This document shows positions 27,906-39,710 of a stretch of 64,000 bases of DNA, piece by piece. Position 1 is the stretch's first letter. Every line of letters begins with the position of its first letter. Position numbers and translations under genes: made by a program. A model generated the notes under the pieces. That model was given only the letters and a program-made list of their open reading frames with translations, was not told the DNA's origin and made no database searches. The DNA is from a virus, in IMG/VR virus record IMGVR_UViG_3300035698_010154, positions 1 to 64,000 of that record; one strand, written 5' to 3'.

Positions 27906-29618
27906 ATGAGTACTTTAGTTCCGGATTATTTAGCACTAGATTTTAATACAGTTATAGAGAAAATGAAAGAAGAGCTACAAAAAGATGGTACATTTAGAGA
28001 CTATGATTATAGAGGATCTAATATATCAATCTTAATAGAATTGATGGCATGGTTTGCTGATCAGAATAACTTTTTCTTGAACAAGATAGCGAAAAACGTA
28101 TATCTCGAAACATCAGATATCTATGAATGTATTAATAGGCTTGCCAAGCAGGTTGGATACAATGCAAAAGGGACAAGGAGTTCAAGAGTTACTCTTTCAT
28201 GTGCCGTATCTGGACACCAGTCTGGATATACAATAACTGTATTGCCATGGAAACAACTAGACTCTGGTAGACAAACAGATAGTAATGATCCAATATATTT
28301 CGCCACAACAGCAGCACAATCTATTACATTAACAAGTGATACCGGAACAATACCAGTTGTTTTACGACAAGGTGAAATCATTGATATAACAGGATATACT
28401 GGTGATGATCTTATAGATAATGAACTAGTATTGCCTTATAGTTATGCTTATGATGATGATGTGGATGATGATTACCCATCGATACAAGTTACTGTAAATA
28501 ACGATATATGGACAAGAGTAACGGATTTCTATGATGATATAACACCACTCTCGACTGATGATGTATATATGTTCATATATGATAGATATGAACGAAGTAA
28601 ACTTGTCTTCAATTCAGCTAGAAACATTCCTACTTCTAGTGATACAATAACTATCAAATGTTTAGATTCACTAGCAACAGATGGTGATATAAATCAAGAT
28701 ATAGCAACAGATGAATGGACAATAATTGATGATGTGTTAGCTCAAAAAACTGTAGGTAATGTCGTATCTGATTTACCCAATTCTAGTTTAAGTCTATCAA
28801 TATCAGCAGCATCAATAGGGGCCGCTTCTCCCGAGACAATTGATGAAATTAAAGAAAATTCACAATCTACTCTAAGAACACAATTCCGTAATGTAACAGC
28901 GACAGATTATAAAACATTCCTTACTGAGAGATCTGATATGGACGCCGCGAACGCATGGGGAGAACAAGACATATCACCATCCGGTGGGTCTATTGAAGAA
29001 TACAACAAGATTCATTTATCAACAATACCAGCAACATGGACGAATAGCACAATTTCCACAACTACAAGTGCATGGACTACTGATTGGAGTACATCGGGTA
29101 ATATACTGATACCATTAGCATACTCAGAAACATGGACAGATACATTAAAAACATACCTAGAGTCAAGAAAGATGATATCAGTATATGAAGTATATGATCT
29201 ACCGACTCTTGCGTATTTCTCTTTTGAGTTCTCATGTAGAATAAAGAAAGTATTTACATTCTTAGACATATCAACTGACATAAAGAACAAATTGATATAC
29301 TATTTCAGAGCATCGAATCATGAATTTGGTGAGATCATAAGTTTTAATAATATAATTGACTATATAATTGACACAACACAGATTTCACCAACAAATAATT
29401 TCACAAATATTGCTGGAATAAGAAATCTGAATGTACGTGATATAAATATTAGTATTACTATGAATGAACCTAATAGTACAACAACAACTTATCCATACTG
29501 GATTGAACAACCATATACTGGACGAGATAACATATTGAGAAGAATTCAATTAGGGTATAATCAATTTCCTATTCTACAGTCTGATTCTGTATATATCTCT
29601 CAAGAGGAAATATTATAA
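27906..29618 (+). CDS. gp6: Baseplate wedge protein gp6
   Basis: LDF......K..L.....F.DYD..GSN...LIEL.A; ETIDEIK...Q.R.VTA.DY. Confidence 0.85.
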   Translation: MSTLVPDYLALDFNTVIEKMKEELQKDGTFRDYDYRGSNISILIELMAWFADQNNFFLNKIAKNVYLETSDIYECINRLAKQVGYNAKGTRSSRVTLSCAVSGHQSGYTITVLPWKQLDSGRQTDSNDPIYFATTAAQSITLTSDTGTIPVVLRQGEIIDITGYTGDDLIDNELVLPYSYAYDDDVDDDYPSIQVTVNNDIWTRVTDFYDDITPLSTDDVYMFIYDRYERSKLVFNSARNIPTSSDTITIKCLDSLATDGDINQDIATDEWTIIDDVLAQKTVGNVVSDLPNSSLSLSISAASIGAASPETIDEIKENSQSTLRTQFRNVTATDYKTFLTERSDMDAANAWGEQDISPSGGSIEEYNKIHLSTIPATWTNSTISTTTSAWTTDWSTSGNILIPLAYSETWTDTLKTYLESRKMISVYEVYDLPTLAYFSFEFSCRIKKVFTFLDISTDIKNKLIYYFRASNHEFGEIISFNNIIDYIIDTTQISPTNNFTNIAGIRNLNVRDINISITMNEPNSTTTTYPYWIEQPYTGRDNILRRIQLGYNQFPILQSDSVYISQEEIL

Positions 29619-29631
29619 GGAGAAATGAGAA

Positions 29632-31788
29632 GTGACAAAATTTTCAGATAGTAACTGGTCTATTCTTGATGAGTATTTTAGAAGTACAACTGATGTTAGA
29701 ACAGGCACACATAACTCATACCTTTATGCACCAAAACACACAATGGTAATGGAAGGTGGGACATATACAGAATTGTTCGAAGACAACTCAGATTATGGTT
29801 GGGTGGGTCATAATTTCACATCACCTACTGTAGATGGTAATATCTTTACATTCACATATGAAGGAGTATCATCAACCAACTCATTAGCTAGCAATGTAAC
29901 AACAATAACAAATGGATCTGATTTGTATTTTCGTAAAAGTTCATATTTCTATACATGGTTATTAAATAATAGTAGTAGTTATAGAGACTATCTCAACACA
30001 AATAAGAGATTTCTATACTTTGGTAAAATATGGGCATCATCAGAATCAAACAATACGTATTCAGTAGAATTTCAAGGATTGAAGGATCACATGCTGAGAG
30101 CGTTGCCACCTATAAACAGAACAACAGCAATGGAAGATTGGCTAAAAGCATACTTTGATGGAACTCATCATTCTATATATAATCTAACAAAGAATATATG
30201 GTCAATGAGAGATTCTAAAGAAATTGATATAAGATTCTTAGAGTATATAGCGAATGAGTATGGTATAGAAATAAAGCATGATTTAACAACTGAAACAGCA
30301 TTAAGAGAATGGGTTGATAATCTAATATACTTCTTGAAGAGAAAGGGCGATTATTCAACTATATACATTGTATATAAATTCCTTCTTACTAACACTACTA
30401 ACACTTTGAATGTGTACGAAAGATGGCATGACTGGAATCTATCAGAATCATATAATACACCATTAAAAGCGGATTGGGACGATCATCATATTCTTGAATA
30501 TTATAGTATTCAACCATCTGGCGCAGCGGGAAATGATTATTATTTAAGATATGATCCAGATTTGTACCCTGTTTATACTGATATAGAACCAGCACCAGGT
30601 GCTACAGGTAATCCAATTCTATCACCTCACTATAAGGTAGAAATAGATTTAACATCTGAACCAATGAGCGATGATTATATAATAAATGAAGATATAATAG
30701 ATGAGCTAATAAGATATTGGAATTATACAAAACCCGTATCAAGATATGTAACATATACTGAACTTCTTGCACCAGATGGCGTAATAGATGGTACAGATGT
30801 TGAAGAAATATCAACATATGATTCAGATGAAATCGCACATCTAACAACCCAGTTTACTGGCGCGCAGTACCTATCATCAGAACTATCATCTGCGGGATTT
30901 GGCGCCAATACATATGACCATAGAAATGTTGTTAGTTCTGATACATGGAATATTGTTCATAATATAGGGCCAAATGGAGTATTGGTTCAAGTCGAAGATA
31001 CAAATGAAAGTGTAATGTTACCATTAGATATTGAAGAGTTGGATTCTGATACATTAGAGGTTTCATTTGTTTATGGTGTAAAGGGCAGAGCACTAATAGC
31101 AATGGCGGATTATCAAACAAGTTTTACTGTGTCTGATATGCCAGCCATTGAGGATCGCGTTGTTGGTTATGTGTTCGATGAAACAACTGGTTTGACGGCA
31201 GTCGATGATGAATCGAACTTTAATATCACATTAGAGGGATTCTCAGGAGATGATACACAATGGACGGGTAGTGGAGTAAAATTAAATGGTACTGATGAAA
31301 GGCTCAATCCTACTACAACCTACCCAGACTATTTTAATGCAAGCCATACAATAAGAATTAAATATATAGACAACGTAGACACATATTATGTTTTAGGTGG
31401 CACTGCAAATGCGTTTGGTGATGGAGTGTATTCCATCACCAATTCAACTGGTTACTTAGCAGTAACTTGTAGACCCCCTACCTACTCAACGACCTTGGGC
31501 CATTGGGCATCATTGAATAACGATGTGTTTGACAATGATGGTGAAGAACATGAATTGATAATTGTTATTGAGTCTGGGATTGATAGCGGAATCAGGTGCT
31601 ATAAAGATGGGGAATTAATATCACCAAGTATTGATGTTGGGTATACTGGTAATATGTCTGGTATCGATATGGCTACTTATTCTATGGATAATGTTTTCAA
31701 GTGGGGTGTGTTCCATAGCAATGGATTACATCTTCATTATTTTGACGGGACATTCAACTTAATTGAAATTTATAATACGATTGTGTAG
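29632..31788 (+). CDS. Baseplate wedge gp7-like protein with C-terminal LamG-like domain
   Basis: ID..FL.YIA...G...LRE...L....KRKG; TWNIVHNIG repeat; C-terminal ConA-like segment. Confidence 0.6.
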   Translation: MTKFSDSNWSILDEYFRSTTDVRTGTHNSYLYAPKHTMVMEGGTYTELFEDNSDYGWVGHNFTSPTVDGNIFTFTYEGVSSTNSLASNVTTITNGSDLYFRKSSYFYTWLLNNSSSYRDYLNTNKRFLYFGKIWASSESNNTYSVEFQGLKDHMLRALPPINRTTAMEDWLKAYFDGTHHSIYNLTKNIWSMRDSKEIDIRFLEYIANEYGIEIKHDLTTETALREWVDNLIYFLKRKGDYSTIYIVYKFLLTNTTNTLNVYERWHDWNLSESYNTPLKADWDDHHILEYYSIQPSGAAGNDYYLRYDPDLYPVYTDIEPAPGATGNPILSPHYKVEIDLTSEPMSDDYIINEDIIDELIRYWNYTKPVSRYVTYTELLAPDGVIDGTDVEEISTYDSDEIAHLTTQFTGAQYLSSELSSAGFGANTYDHRNVVSSDTWNIVHNIGPNGVLVQVEDTNESVMLPLDIEELDSDTLEVSFVYGVKGRALIAMADYQTSFTVSDMPAIEDRVVGYVFDETTGLTAVDDESNFNITLEGFSGDDTQWTGSGVKLNGTDERLNPTTTYPDYFNASHTIRIKYIDNVDTYYVLGGTANAFGDGVYSITNSTGYLAVTCRPPTYSTTLGHWASLNNDVFDNDGEEHELIIVIESGIDSGIRCYKDGELISPSIDVGYTGNMSGIDMATYSMDNVFKWGVFHSNGLHLHYFDGTFNLIEIYNTIV

Positions 31789-31835
31789 ATATAGTAGCAG
31801 CACTTTATTACAATGATGTATAAGGAATTTAAAGT

Positions 31836-32588
31836 ATGACAGAAACATATGAACAAATAATAACACACAATTTATATTCAGCATCTGCAGCAACAGGTGT
31901 ATTGTCACAATATTGGAATGATGGTTTTAGAATATTACCGCATACAGTAGAAATAAATTCTAGTGATCAATTGACTGCAACATTTACCAAAAACGCAAGC
32001 GCATCAATGACTATAACAGCAGTTGTAAGAAAATCAGATTACACACATGAGCAGACCGTGGCATCAACAACATGGGATATAAATCATAACCTAAATACGG
32101 ATTCTTTAATAACTCAAACATTTTCATCCAATGAAGAGGTAATACCATTAACAATATCACATGATTTCAATGATACTGTTATAACATTTCCTGAGGCCAT
32201 AACTGGCAATGCTGAGTTTATATGGGCTAGATCGGGTTTTAGTGTGCAGGAGTCACCTACTGATATTTCTGGTCTTACTCTATCGGTTTCAGCATCTTAT
32301 TGGAAAGCTGGCACTGGATCATCGGACACTTGGCGCCCATTAGAAGAAAATGATATAGAGACAATGGCCACAAGTGGTAGTTTTATATCATATAGAGATA
32401 GTGATTCTGATCCAGATAATATGTTTATACTAGAATTTGATATTTCTAAGAATGAAGATATAAATATAACAGAGATAGGTATTTTTAATGATGAGGATGA
32501 AATGGTGTTTTATACAGATTGTAGTCCTCTGTTTAAACCAGCAGATGTGACACTAAAATTATTTTATAAAATTATGAAATTTAGGTAG
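31836..32588 (+). CDS. Baseplate/fibre-attachment protein
   Basis: TWDINHNL repeats; ITEIGIF...EMVFY...P..K C-terminus. Confidence 0.6.
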   Translation: MTETYEQIITHNLYSASAATGVLSQYWNDGFRILPHTVEINSSDQLTATFTKNASASMTITAVVRKSDYTHEQTVASTTWDINHNLNTDSLITQTFSSNEEVIPLTISHDFNDTVITFPEAITGNAEFIWARSGFSVQESPTDISGLTLSVSASYWKAGTGSSDTWRPLEENDIETMATSGSFISYRDSDSDPDNMFILEFDISKNEDINITEIGIFNDEDEMVFYTDCSPLFKPADVTLKLFYKIMKFR

Positions 32589-32596
32589 GAGTTTAT

Positions 32597-33373
32597 ATGA
32601 GAATTCATTTTTGGCAATATATAGTAAATGATACAGGAGTTCCACTAGAGAACGTGAATGTAAGTATATATCTTGCGGGCACAACAACAGAAGCGAGTAT
32701 TTTTACACATCCAACAGATGGTAATTCAACAACATCATTAGCAACAGCACAAACAACAGATGGTGATGGTTTTTTTGAATGTTGGTTCGGTGATGGATTA
32801 GAATGGGCCGGTGGTTATACAGCTAGTCAAAGATTTAAAATCACATGGACAAGAGCCGGTCTATCGAATGGATCTATAGATAACATAAATGTATATCCAA
32901 ATACTTATAGTGTCATAGAAACCGATTACACAAGTACAGATAAAGATATCAAGAATAAAATGATCAGTAATCAACTAGCCTATGATTGGGAGTCACATAA
33001 AGACAGTACATCATCAAGCATTCATGGATTAAAGCCTGTAGATTGGAATGACACAAATACTGATTATAATAAACTTGTAAGTAATAATGTAATGAACTAT
33101 TTTTGGTCAGTTATAACAAATGCGGGTGCTGTATCTATTGCCGCATCAGCCGCGGTTGTAAGAGAGTTCACAGCGACTTCATGGACAGCATCAGGTGGTG
33201 AGTATTATACAGACATAGATCATAACTTGAATAGAGACTATCCTGTTGTTTCTGTTTATAAGACATCGAATAGCAAGCAAGTAAACCCAACAGAAGTACA
33301 GTCCATATCAGATTCAGAAATAAGGATATGGATGTCAAGTGAAGAAGAACTCAATGTTACTATTATGGGATAA
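32597..33373 (+). CDS. Structural protein, paralog 1
   Basis: HFW....N..G.P...V.IY..GT; KNKMISNQ.AYDWE.H shared with next gene. Confidence 0.65.
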   Translation: MRIHFWQYIVNDTGVPLENVNVSIYLAGTTTEASIFTHPTDGNSTTSLATAQTTDGDGFFECWFGDGLEWAGGYTASQRFKITWTRAGLSNGSIDNINVYPNTYSVIETDYTSTDKDIKNKMISNQLAYDWESHKDSTSSSIHGLKPVDWNDTNTDYNKLVSNNVMNYFWSVITNAGAVSIAASAAVVREFTATSWTASGGEYYTDIDHNLNRDYPVVSVYKTSNSKQVNPTEVQSISDSEIRIWMSSEEELNVTIMG

Positions 33374-33389
33374 CAAAGGAATTTAGAAT

Positions 33390-34169
33390 ATGGCATTAAA
33401 ACATTTTTGGTATACTCTTAAAAATGAAGACGGTGAGCCAATAATTGGTGATTCTGTACATGTATATAAAAATGGTACGAGTACACATCTAACCATTTTT
33501 GATTCTAACGAGGATGAGATAACACAGCCTCTCACAACATCATCAATTGAACCATCCGGTGCATTTGATTTTTATGTAAAGGATGCAAACTCTGGTGGAT
33601 ACCTGCCTACACAAAAAATGAAAATAGTATGGACTAGTGGTAGTATAGATGATTTAGATATATTTGAAGAGCTATATATAGTAGATGAAACGGATACCGG
33701 TACTATAAAAAATAAAATGATCAGTAATCAAATGGCCTATGATTGGGAAGAGCATATTTCATATACATTACCAGGAAATGCTGTTCACAGTTTACAATCA
33801 GTTGATAAAACAAATAATAACGTAGATCCTAATAAAGTAGTGAATAATAAGTTGATGAATGATATGCTTACATGGCCCACATCAGCCGCAACAATATCAA
33901 TTACATCGTCTGGTGCTGTGATATATCCAATTTCTGTTAATACAAAAGGCGGTGTTGCTCCTGCATGGGCTGATACATTAGTAGCATCAGCAGGTGATTA
34001 TTATGTTGAATTGAATCATGGTCTTAACACATTATACCCAGCTCTGTCTGTTTGGAAGAAATCTAATAGAAGTATTATTATGCCATCAATGGTCGAGGCC
34101 ATTGATGAGTTGAATATCAAGATATGGATAAATGAAGACATAGAGGCAGAGATATCATTAATAGGGTAA
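33390..34169 (+). CDS. Structural protein, paralog 2
   Basis: Full-length similarity to 32597-33373. Confidence 0.65.
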   Translation: MALKHFWYTLKNEDGEPIIGDSVHVYKNGTSTHLTIFDSNEDEITQPLTTSSIEPSGAFDFYVKDANSGGYLPTQKMKIVWTSGSIDDLDIFEELYIVDETDTGTIKNKMISNQMAYDWEEHISYTLPGNAVHSLQSVDKTNNNVDPNKVVNNKLMNDMLTWPTSAATISITSSGAVIYPISVNTKGGVAPAWADTLVASAGDYYVELNHGLNTLYPALSVWKKSNRSIIMPSMVEAIDELNIKIWINEDIEAEISLIG

Positions 34170-34176
34170 AAAGATT

Positions 34177-34530
34177 ATGCGACTTTCAAGATATATGGAG
34201 TATTCAGTAAAAGATAGTAACATCAATGAATTTAGATCATGTAAGATTCACTTGTCTAAGAAGGCTATGAACATCGAAAAGATACGATCCATAATGGAAG
34301 AACATGCTCTTGACATGAGTATAATAAACAAAATCGAGAAAGAGAATAAGAAATTAAATATACTACAAAAAGGTAACATATTCATGGATTTTACAATTGA
34401 TGAATCATCAAAGAGGATAGATCAAAAAATACAAGATAGATTGAAGATCAAGGTATTAGAGTTCAATGATGATTTGTGTGGGATTCAAAGAAAACTAGAA
34501 GAAGATTTAAGAAACTCGGAGGAGAATTGA
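34177..34530 (+). CDS. Hypothetical protein (MRLSRYME tag)
   Basis: ORF track. Confidence 0.6.
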   Translation: MRLSRYMEYSVKDSNINEFRSCKIHLSKKAMNIEKIRSIMEEHALDMSIINKIEKENKKLNILQKGNIFMDFTIDESSKRIDQKIQDRLKIKVLEFNDDLCGIQRKLEEDLRNSEEN

Positions 34531-34531
34531 T

Positions 34532-35926
34532 ATGAAGAGTCATGGACTTGACATGAATGGTGACATGAAGTTGGAGGTTGTGTCAACAGTACCAACATGG
34601 GCATCATCTTATGCAAGAAGATTAATATATGATAGTAATACGAGTTTGATCTACTATGGTGGTAGTTCTGGTTGGAAACAAGTTGTTGTTACTGATGATG
34701 CCCAAACACTTACTAATAAGACCATTGACACAGCTAGTAATACAATTACTATAAACGGGCCGGATATAAATTCCGGCACTATAACAAATGATAAAATATA
34801 CTCATCCGCTGCAATTGATGGTTCAAAGCTAGCAGATGACAGCATAACAGATTTACAAATCAATGCATCCGCCAATATTAATGGTTCAAAGCTAGATGAT
34901 AATAGCATACCAAGTGCTAAAATCGGAACCGACACTATAATGAATAATAAAATAAACTCAGCCGCTGCAATTGATGGTTCAAAGCTAGATGATGATAGTA
35001 TAATGAATCTACAAATAAACTCATCTGCTGCAATTGATGGATCGAAACTGGATAGTGATAGTATAATGAACTTACAGATAAGTAATAGTGCCGCGATCTC
35101 AGGTTCAAAGATAGCAGATGACACAATAATGAATGCTCAAATAAGTGATAGTGCCGTGATCTCAGGTTCAAAGATAGCAGATGATAGTATAAAGGATTTA
35201 CAAATAAGTGATAGTGCCGCGATCTCGGGTTCAAAGCTAGCAGGTATAAAGGATTTACAAATAAGTGATAGTGCCGCGATCTCAGGTTCAAAGCTAGCAG
35301 ATGATAGTATAAAGGATTTACAAATAAACTCAGCCGCCGCAATAGATGCCACAAAAATAGCAAATGGCACTGTAAGTAATACAGAGTTTCAGTTATTGAG
35401 TGGTATAACTGAAATTAGTCTATCAGCAACAATGGTAAACAATACAAATGGAAATGCCAACGTTTCCGATACTCCACTTAATATAGGAGGGAGTAGTTAT
35501 GCTGTCATACCCAAAGAAATATGGAGACATATTGGCCCAACTGATGTTACAGGCCCATCCCCATATACTGCATGGACTGCTATAAATTCATTACCAGAAT
35601 CCATAGATTATATAGTTGTAAGAGCTGTGAGTACTGGATATACATGGGGTAAAGGATTTTCTTCTGCCGATCCGATTCATGCAAAGCTTTATATTAGACA
35701 ATATGGTAGTTCAGCAAGTCCAAGTAATGCTAATTTGGTTATATGGGATACATGGGATGGCACAAGATGGGGGAAATTCGCAAGTATAGACGAGATAACA
35801 ATACCTTTATCGAGTAGTGATTATAGATTTGATTTATATTGGACTTCAGAATTCACAGAAGATCATGACGATGAGGGATTTGAAGTAGAATTTGAACTTA
35901 TAGGATATGGGTATAATCCAGCATAA
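34532..35926 (+). CDS. Fibre/receptor-binding protein 1 with 21-aa repeats
   Basis: SAAISGSKIADDSIxxLQIxx repeats; shared N-terminal anchor; distinct C-terminal head. Confidence 0.75.
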   Translation: MKSHGLDMNGDMKLEVVSTVPTWASSYARRLIYDSNTSLIYYGGSSGWKQVVVTDDAQTLTNKTIDTASNTITINGPDINSGTITNDKIYSSAAIDGSKLADDSITDLQINASANINGSKLDDNSIPSAKIGTDTIMNNKINSAAAIDGSKLDDDSIMNLQINSSAAIDGSKLDSDSIMNLQISNSAAISGSKIADDTIMNAQISDSAVISGSKIADDSIKDLQISDSAAISGSKLAGIKDLQISDSAAISGSKLADDSIKDLQINSAAAIDATKIANGTVSNTEFQLLSGITEISLSATMVNNTNGNANVSDTPLNIGGSSYAVIPKEIWRHIGPTDVTGPSPYTAWTAINSLPESIDYIVVRAVSTGYTWGKGFSSADPIHAKLYIRQYGSSASPSNANLVIWDTWDGTRWGKFASIDEITIPLSSSDYRFDLYWTSEFTEDHDDEGFEVEFELIGYGYNPA

Positions 35927-35946
35927 AATAACAGGAGAACAAGTAA

Positions 35947-37314
35947 ATGAAAAGTCATGGATTTGACATGGTTGGGGATATAAAATTAGAGGTTGTAACA
36001 ACAATACCAGAATGGGAATCAACCGATACCAGAAGATTAGTATATGCTAGTGATGTGGGTTTAATATATTATGGTGATAGTGCTGGTTGGGAACAAGTTG
36101 TTGTTACTGATGATACTCAGTTACTTACTAATAAGATCATTGATACAGCTAGTAATACAATTACTATAAATGGATCGGATATAAACTCTGACACCATAGT
36201 GGATTTACAAATAAACTCATCCGCCGATATAGCTGCTACAAAATTGGCTATTAACAGTATAATGGATTTACAGATAAGTGATAGTGCTGACATTAATGGC
36301 TCAAAGTTAGCAAATGATACTATATCAAATGCTAAATTTGAGAATAATAGTATATCAAACCTACAAATAAACTCGGTCGCGGCAATTGATGGCTCAAAGC
36401 TAGCGGACAATAGTATATATAATGATAAAATAAATACAGCCGCGGCAATTGTTGGCTCAAAGCTAGCAGATGGTGGTATAACAGATTTACAGATAAACTC
36501 AGCCGCTGCGATTGTTGGCTCAAAGCTAGCAGATGATAGCATAACAAACTTACAAATAAACTCAGCCGCTGATATAAATGGATCAAAGATAGCAGATGAT
36601 AGCATAACAAACTTACAAATAAACACAGCCGCTGATATAAATGGATCAAAGCTATCAGATGGTGGTATAACAGATTTACAAATAAGTGACAGTGCTGCAA
36701 TCTCAGGTTCAAAGATAGCAGATGATAGTATAATGAACTTACAGATAAGTAGTAGTGCCGCAATCTCAGCTTCGAAAATAGCAGATGGTTCGGTGAGTAA
36801 TGCAAAGTTTCAACTATTGAGTGGTATAACTGAAATCAGTAATGCGGCAACAATGGTCACCAATACAAATGGTAATGCTGACGTTTCGAGTCCTCCACTT
36901 AGTATAACCGTAGCTATAACACCAGATATTTATACACACATTGGCCCAACAAACAGTACACCTGATTTATATCCCTGGACTGCTATGGATTCATTACCAG
37001 AATCAGTAGATTATATAGTTGTAAGAGCTTTCAGTAAAATGACCAGTCGTGATGATACCACTACTACCACAGGCACTATTTATGCTAAAAAATATGGTGC
37101 TATTAGTTCAGGAAGCTTAATTGTTTATAATCTTAGCTATCTACAAAATTACAATTATGATGATCCAGTAACACAAGCAAATGTAAGCGAAATAACAATA
37201 CCTTTAGGTCAACATGCTAGTTACCCTAATACATTTGATTTATGGTGGTCTGGGGACTTTACTAGTATGATATTTTATCTTGTAGGATATGGGTACAATC
37301 CATTTAGTTTATAA
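35947..37314 (+). CDS. Fibre/receptor-binding protein 2
   Basis: Paralog of 34532. Confidence 0.75.
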   Translation: MKSHGFDMVGDIKLEVVTTIPEWESTDTRRLVYASDVGLIYYGDSAGWEQVVVTDDTQLLTNKIIDTASNTITINGSDINSDTIVDLQINSSADIAATKLAINSIMDLQISDSADINGSKLANDTISNAKFENNSISNLQINSVAAIDGSKLADNSIYNDKINTAAAIVGSKLADGGITDLQINSAAAIVGSKLADDSITNLQINSAADINGSKIADDSITNLQINTAADINGSKLSDGGITDLQISDSAAISGSKIADDSIMNLQISSSAAISASKIADGSVSNAKFQLLSGITEISNAATMVTNTNGNADVSSPPLSITVAITPDIYTHIGPTNSTPDLYPWTAMDSLPESVDYIVVRAFSKMTSRDDTTTTTGTIYAKKYGAISSGSLIVYNLSYLQNYNYDDPVTQANVSEITIPLGQHASYPNTFDLWWSGDFTSMIFYLVGYGYNPFSL

Positions 37315-37352
37315 TGGAGAGAGACTAAGAAGAAAATAATAGGAAGGATCAA

Positions 37353-38777
37353 ATGAAATATTATGGAATAGATATGAGGGGAGATATCAAATTGGAGGTA
37401 ATGGCAACATTACCAGCATGGGTATCATCCGCTGCAGATGCTAGAAGGTTAGTATATGCTACTGATACGGGCTTAATCCATTATGGCGATAGTACTGGAT
37501 GGGAGCAAGTTATTGTTACTGATGATGCCCAAACACTTACTAATAAGACCATTAATACGCTTTATAATACAATTACTATAAACGGATCTGATATAAATGA
37601 TAATACAATAACAAATCTACAAATAAACTCAGCCGCGGCCATTGATGGTTCAAAGCTAGCAGATGGTGGTATAATGGATTCACAAATAAACACATCTGCT
37701 GATATTGATGGCTCAAAGCTATATGTTCATAGTATATTAAATGATAAAATTGAAACCGATACAATAATGAATGACAAGATAAGCCCAGTTGCTGATATAG
37801 AAGGCTCAAAATTGGCTAATGGAAGTATAACAAACTTACAAATAAACTCATCCGCTGATATAGATGCCACAAAAATAGCTAGTAACAGTATAACAGATTT
37901 ACAGATAAGTGATAGTGCCGCAATCTCAGGTTCAAAGATAGCAGATGATAGTATAATGAATTTACAGATAAGTGATAGTGCTGCAATCTCAGCTTCGAAA
38001 ATAGCAGATGGTAGTATATCAAACCTACAAATAAACTCAAGTGCTGCAATCTCAGGTTCAAAGCTAGCAGATGATAGTATAATGAACTTACAGATAAGTG
38101 ATAGTGCTGCAATCTCAGGTTCAAAGATAGCAGATGATAGTATAATAAATGCTAAAATAAGTGATAGTGCTGCAATAGATGCTTCAAAAATAGCAGATGG
38201 TTCGGTGAGTAATGCAGAGTTTCAATTATTGAACGGTATAACAAATCTTAATAATTCATTAACAATGTTCGATGCCTCTACCTATAATCCGTTACAAGTA
38301 GCTCCCTGGAGTGCTGGGGGTGGTGGTCCTTATGTTAGAGAAGGGTCATGGACTATTGTTGGCCCAAATGATGTTTACTCTGGTTCTACGAATTATGAAC
38401 ACAATGCAATAAAATGGAACGCTCTAACATCATTACCCGCACTAGTGGATTATATAGTTGTAAGAGCTGTAAGTTTTGTAGACTTTACAGACGGCGAACC
38501 TTATAGTGATCCGGTGTTTTATGTTTCTGTTAGAAAAACTCATACTGACGAAGGAAGCGTTGTTAGTTATTATACTGCTGATAAAGAGAGTAATCATTAT
38601 AATACACAGGCAAATGTAAGCGAAATAACAATACCTTTAGGTCAGATCACCAGTTATCCTAATTCATTTGAGGTATATTGGCATTCAGACTGGGGTAATG
38701 ATGATACTGATTATGCTGGAGAGATTCTTATGGAATTTTATCTCATAGGGTATGGGTATAATTCAGCATTAGTATAA
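37353..38777 (+). CDS. Fibre/receptor-binding protein 3
   Basis: Paralog of 34532. Confidence 0.75.
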   Translation: MKYYGIDMRGDIKLEVMATLPAWVSSAADARRLVYATDTGLIHYGDSTGWEQVIVTDDAQTLTNKTINTLYNTITINGSDINDNTITNLQINSAAAIDGSKLADGGIMDSQINTSADIDGSKLYVHSILNDKIETDTIMNDKISPVADIEGSKLANGSITNLQINSSADIDATKIASNSITDLQISDSAAISGSKIADDSIMNLQISDSAAISASKIADGSISNLQINSSAAISGSKLADDSIMNLQISDSAAISGSKIADDSIINAKISDSAAIDASKIADGSVSNAEFQLLNGITNLNNSLTMFDASTYNPLQVAPWSAGGGGPYVREGSWTIVGPNDVYSGSTNYEHNAIKWNALTSLPALVDYIVVRAVSFVDFTDGEPYSDPVFYVSVRKTHTDEGSVVSYYTADKESNHYNTQANVSEITIPLGQITSYPNSFEVYWHSDWGNDDTDYAGEILMEFYLIGYGYNSALV

Positions 38778-38792
38778 CAAGGCGGTAAATAA

Positions 38793-39710
38793 ATGGAAAA
38801 TTATGGAATAGACATGAAGGGAGATATCAAAGTAGAAGATGTCTCACCACTACCAACATGGTCAGCATCAGATGAGAGAAGAGTTGTGTACTCATCAAAT
38901 GAGGATAAAGCTTATTATGGATCTGACTTGAAATGGGAGCATATGATCAATAACAATTATTATAATAGTGAGCATAATAAGGGATGGTATAAAAGGCCGC
39001 ATTTTGAGTATATGGGTAGTAATGTTATAGACATATATCCGGGCGCATATCACCATGATGGCACCACCGAGCAAATGGTTTACTGGAATGACAAACTAAC
39101 ATTTACTATGGGGCCGGTTGGTTCAAACTCAAGTTCAGATACTTTAAATGCTAATGAATGGCAATATATTTATTTAAGTGATCAACCCATTGTTGCTAAT
39201 GCATCGGCAGAACTTAATGCCTCATGTTTTATTAATTCAGCAACTCATCCATCTCTTGATAATAGTGGAAAGGGTATTTATTATAGTACTTCAAGACTTA
39301 TATTTGCTGTATATACAGATGCATTTGGTAATATTGTGGAGTTCTTTCAATGTGGGGATTTTATACAATGGACTGATCAAATATTAACCAGCGCGATTGG
39401 GCTGATCTCAACTTTATGGGTTGATAAACAAATGATTGTCCCAATAATCACAAATATAAATATAAGATCACAATTGAATTTACAGCATATTGGTAATTCT
39501 TCTGGTTCCAATTCGTTATATTGGAGAACAAATGGGCAGACCGCATCTACAGGATCATTTATATGCACTACTGGTAATAATGAAATAAATTATATGAGTT
39601 TAAACGCTTGTTCAGATGACACAACAGGTAAAATAGAATTAAAACAATATGGTGGAAGTAATGATGTTAGCGCATGGGCAAATGGTTGGTATTTACCATT
39701 TGGAATGTAA
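38793..39710 (+). CDS. Fibre/receptor-binding protein 4 (no repeat shaft)
   Basis: Same GIDMKGDI...LPTW...RR.VY...YYG...W anchor. Confidence 0.65.
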   Translation: MENYGIDMKGDIKVEDVSPLPTWSASDERRVVYSSNEDKAYYGSDLKWEHMINNNYYNSEHNKGWYKRPHFEYMGSNVIDIYPGAYHHDGTTEQMVYWNDKLTFTMGPVGSNSSSDTLNANEWQYIYLSDQPIVANASAELNASCFINSATHPSLDNSGKGIYYSTSRLIFAVYTDAFGNIVEFFQCGDFIQWTDQILTSAIGLISTLWVDKQMIVPIITNINIRSQLNLQHIGNSSGSNSLYWRTNGQTASTGSFICTTGNNEINYMSLNACSDDTTGKIELKQYGGSNDVSAWANGWYLPFGM

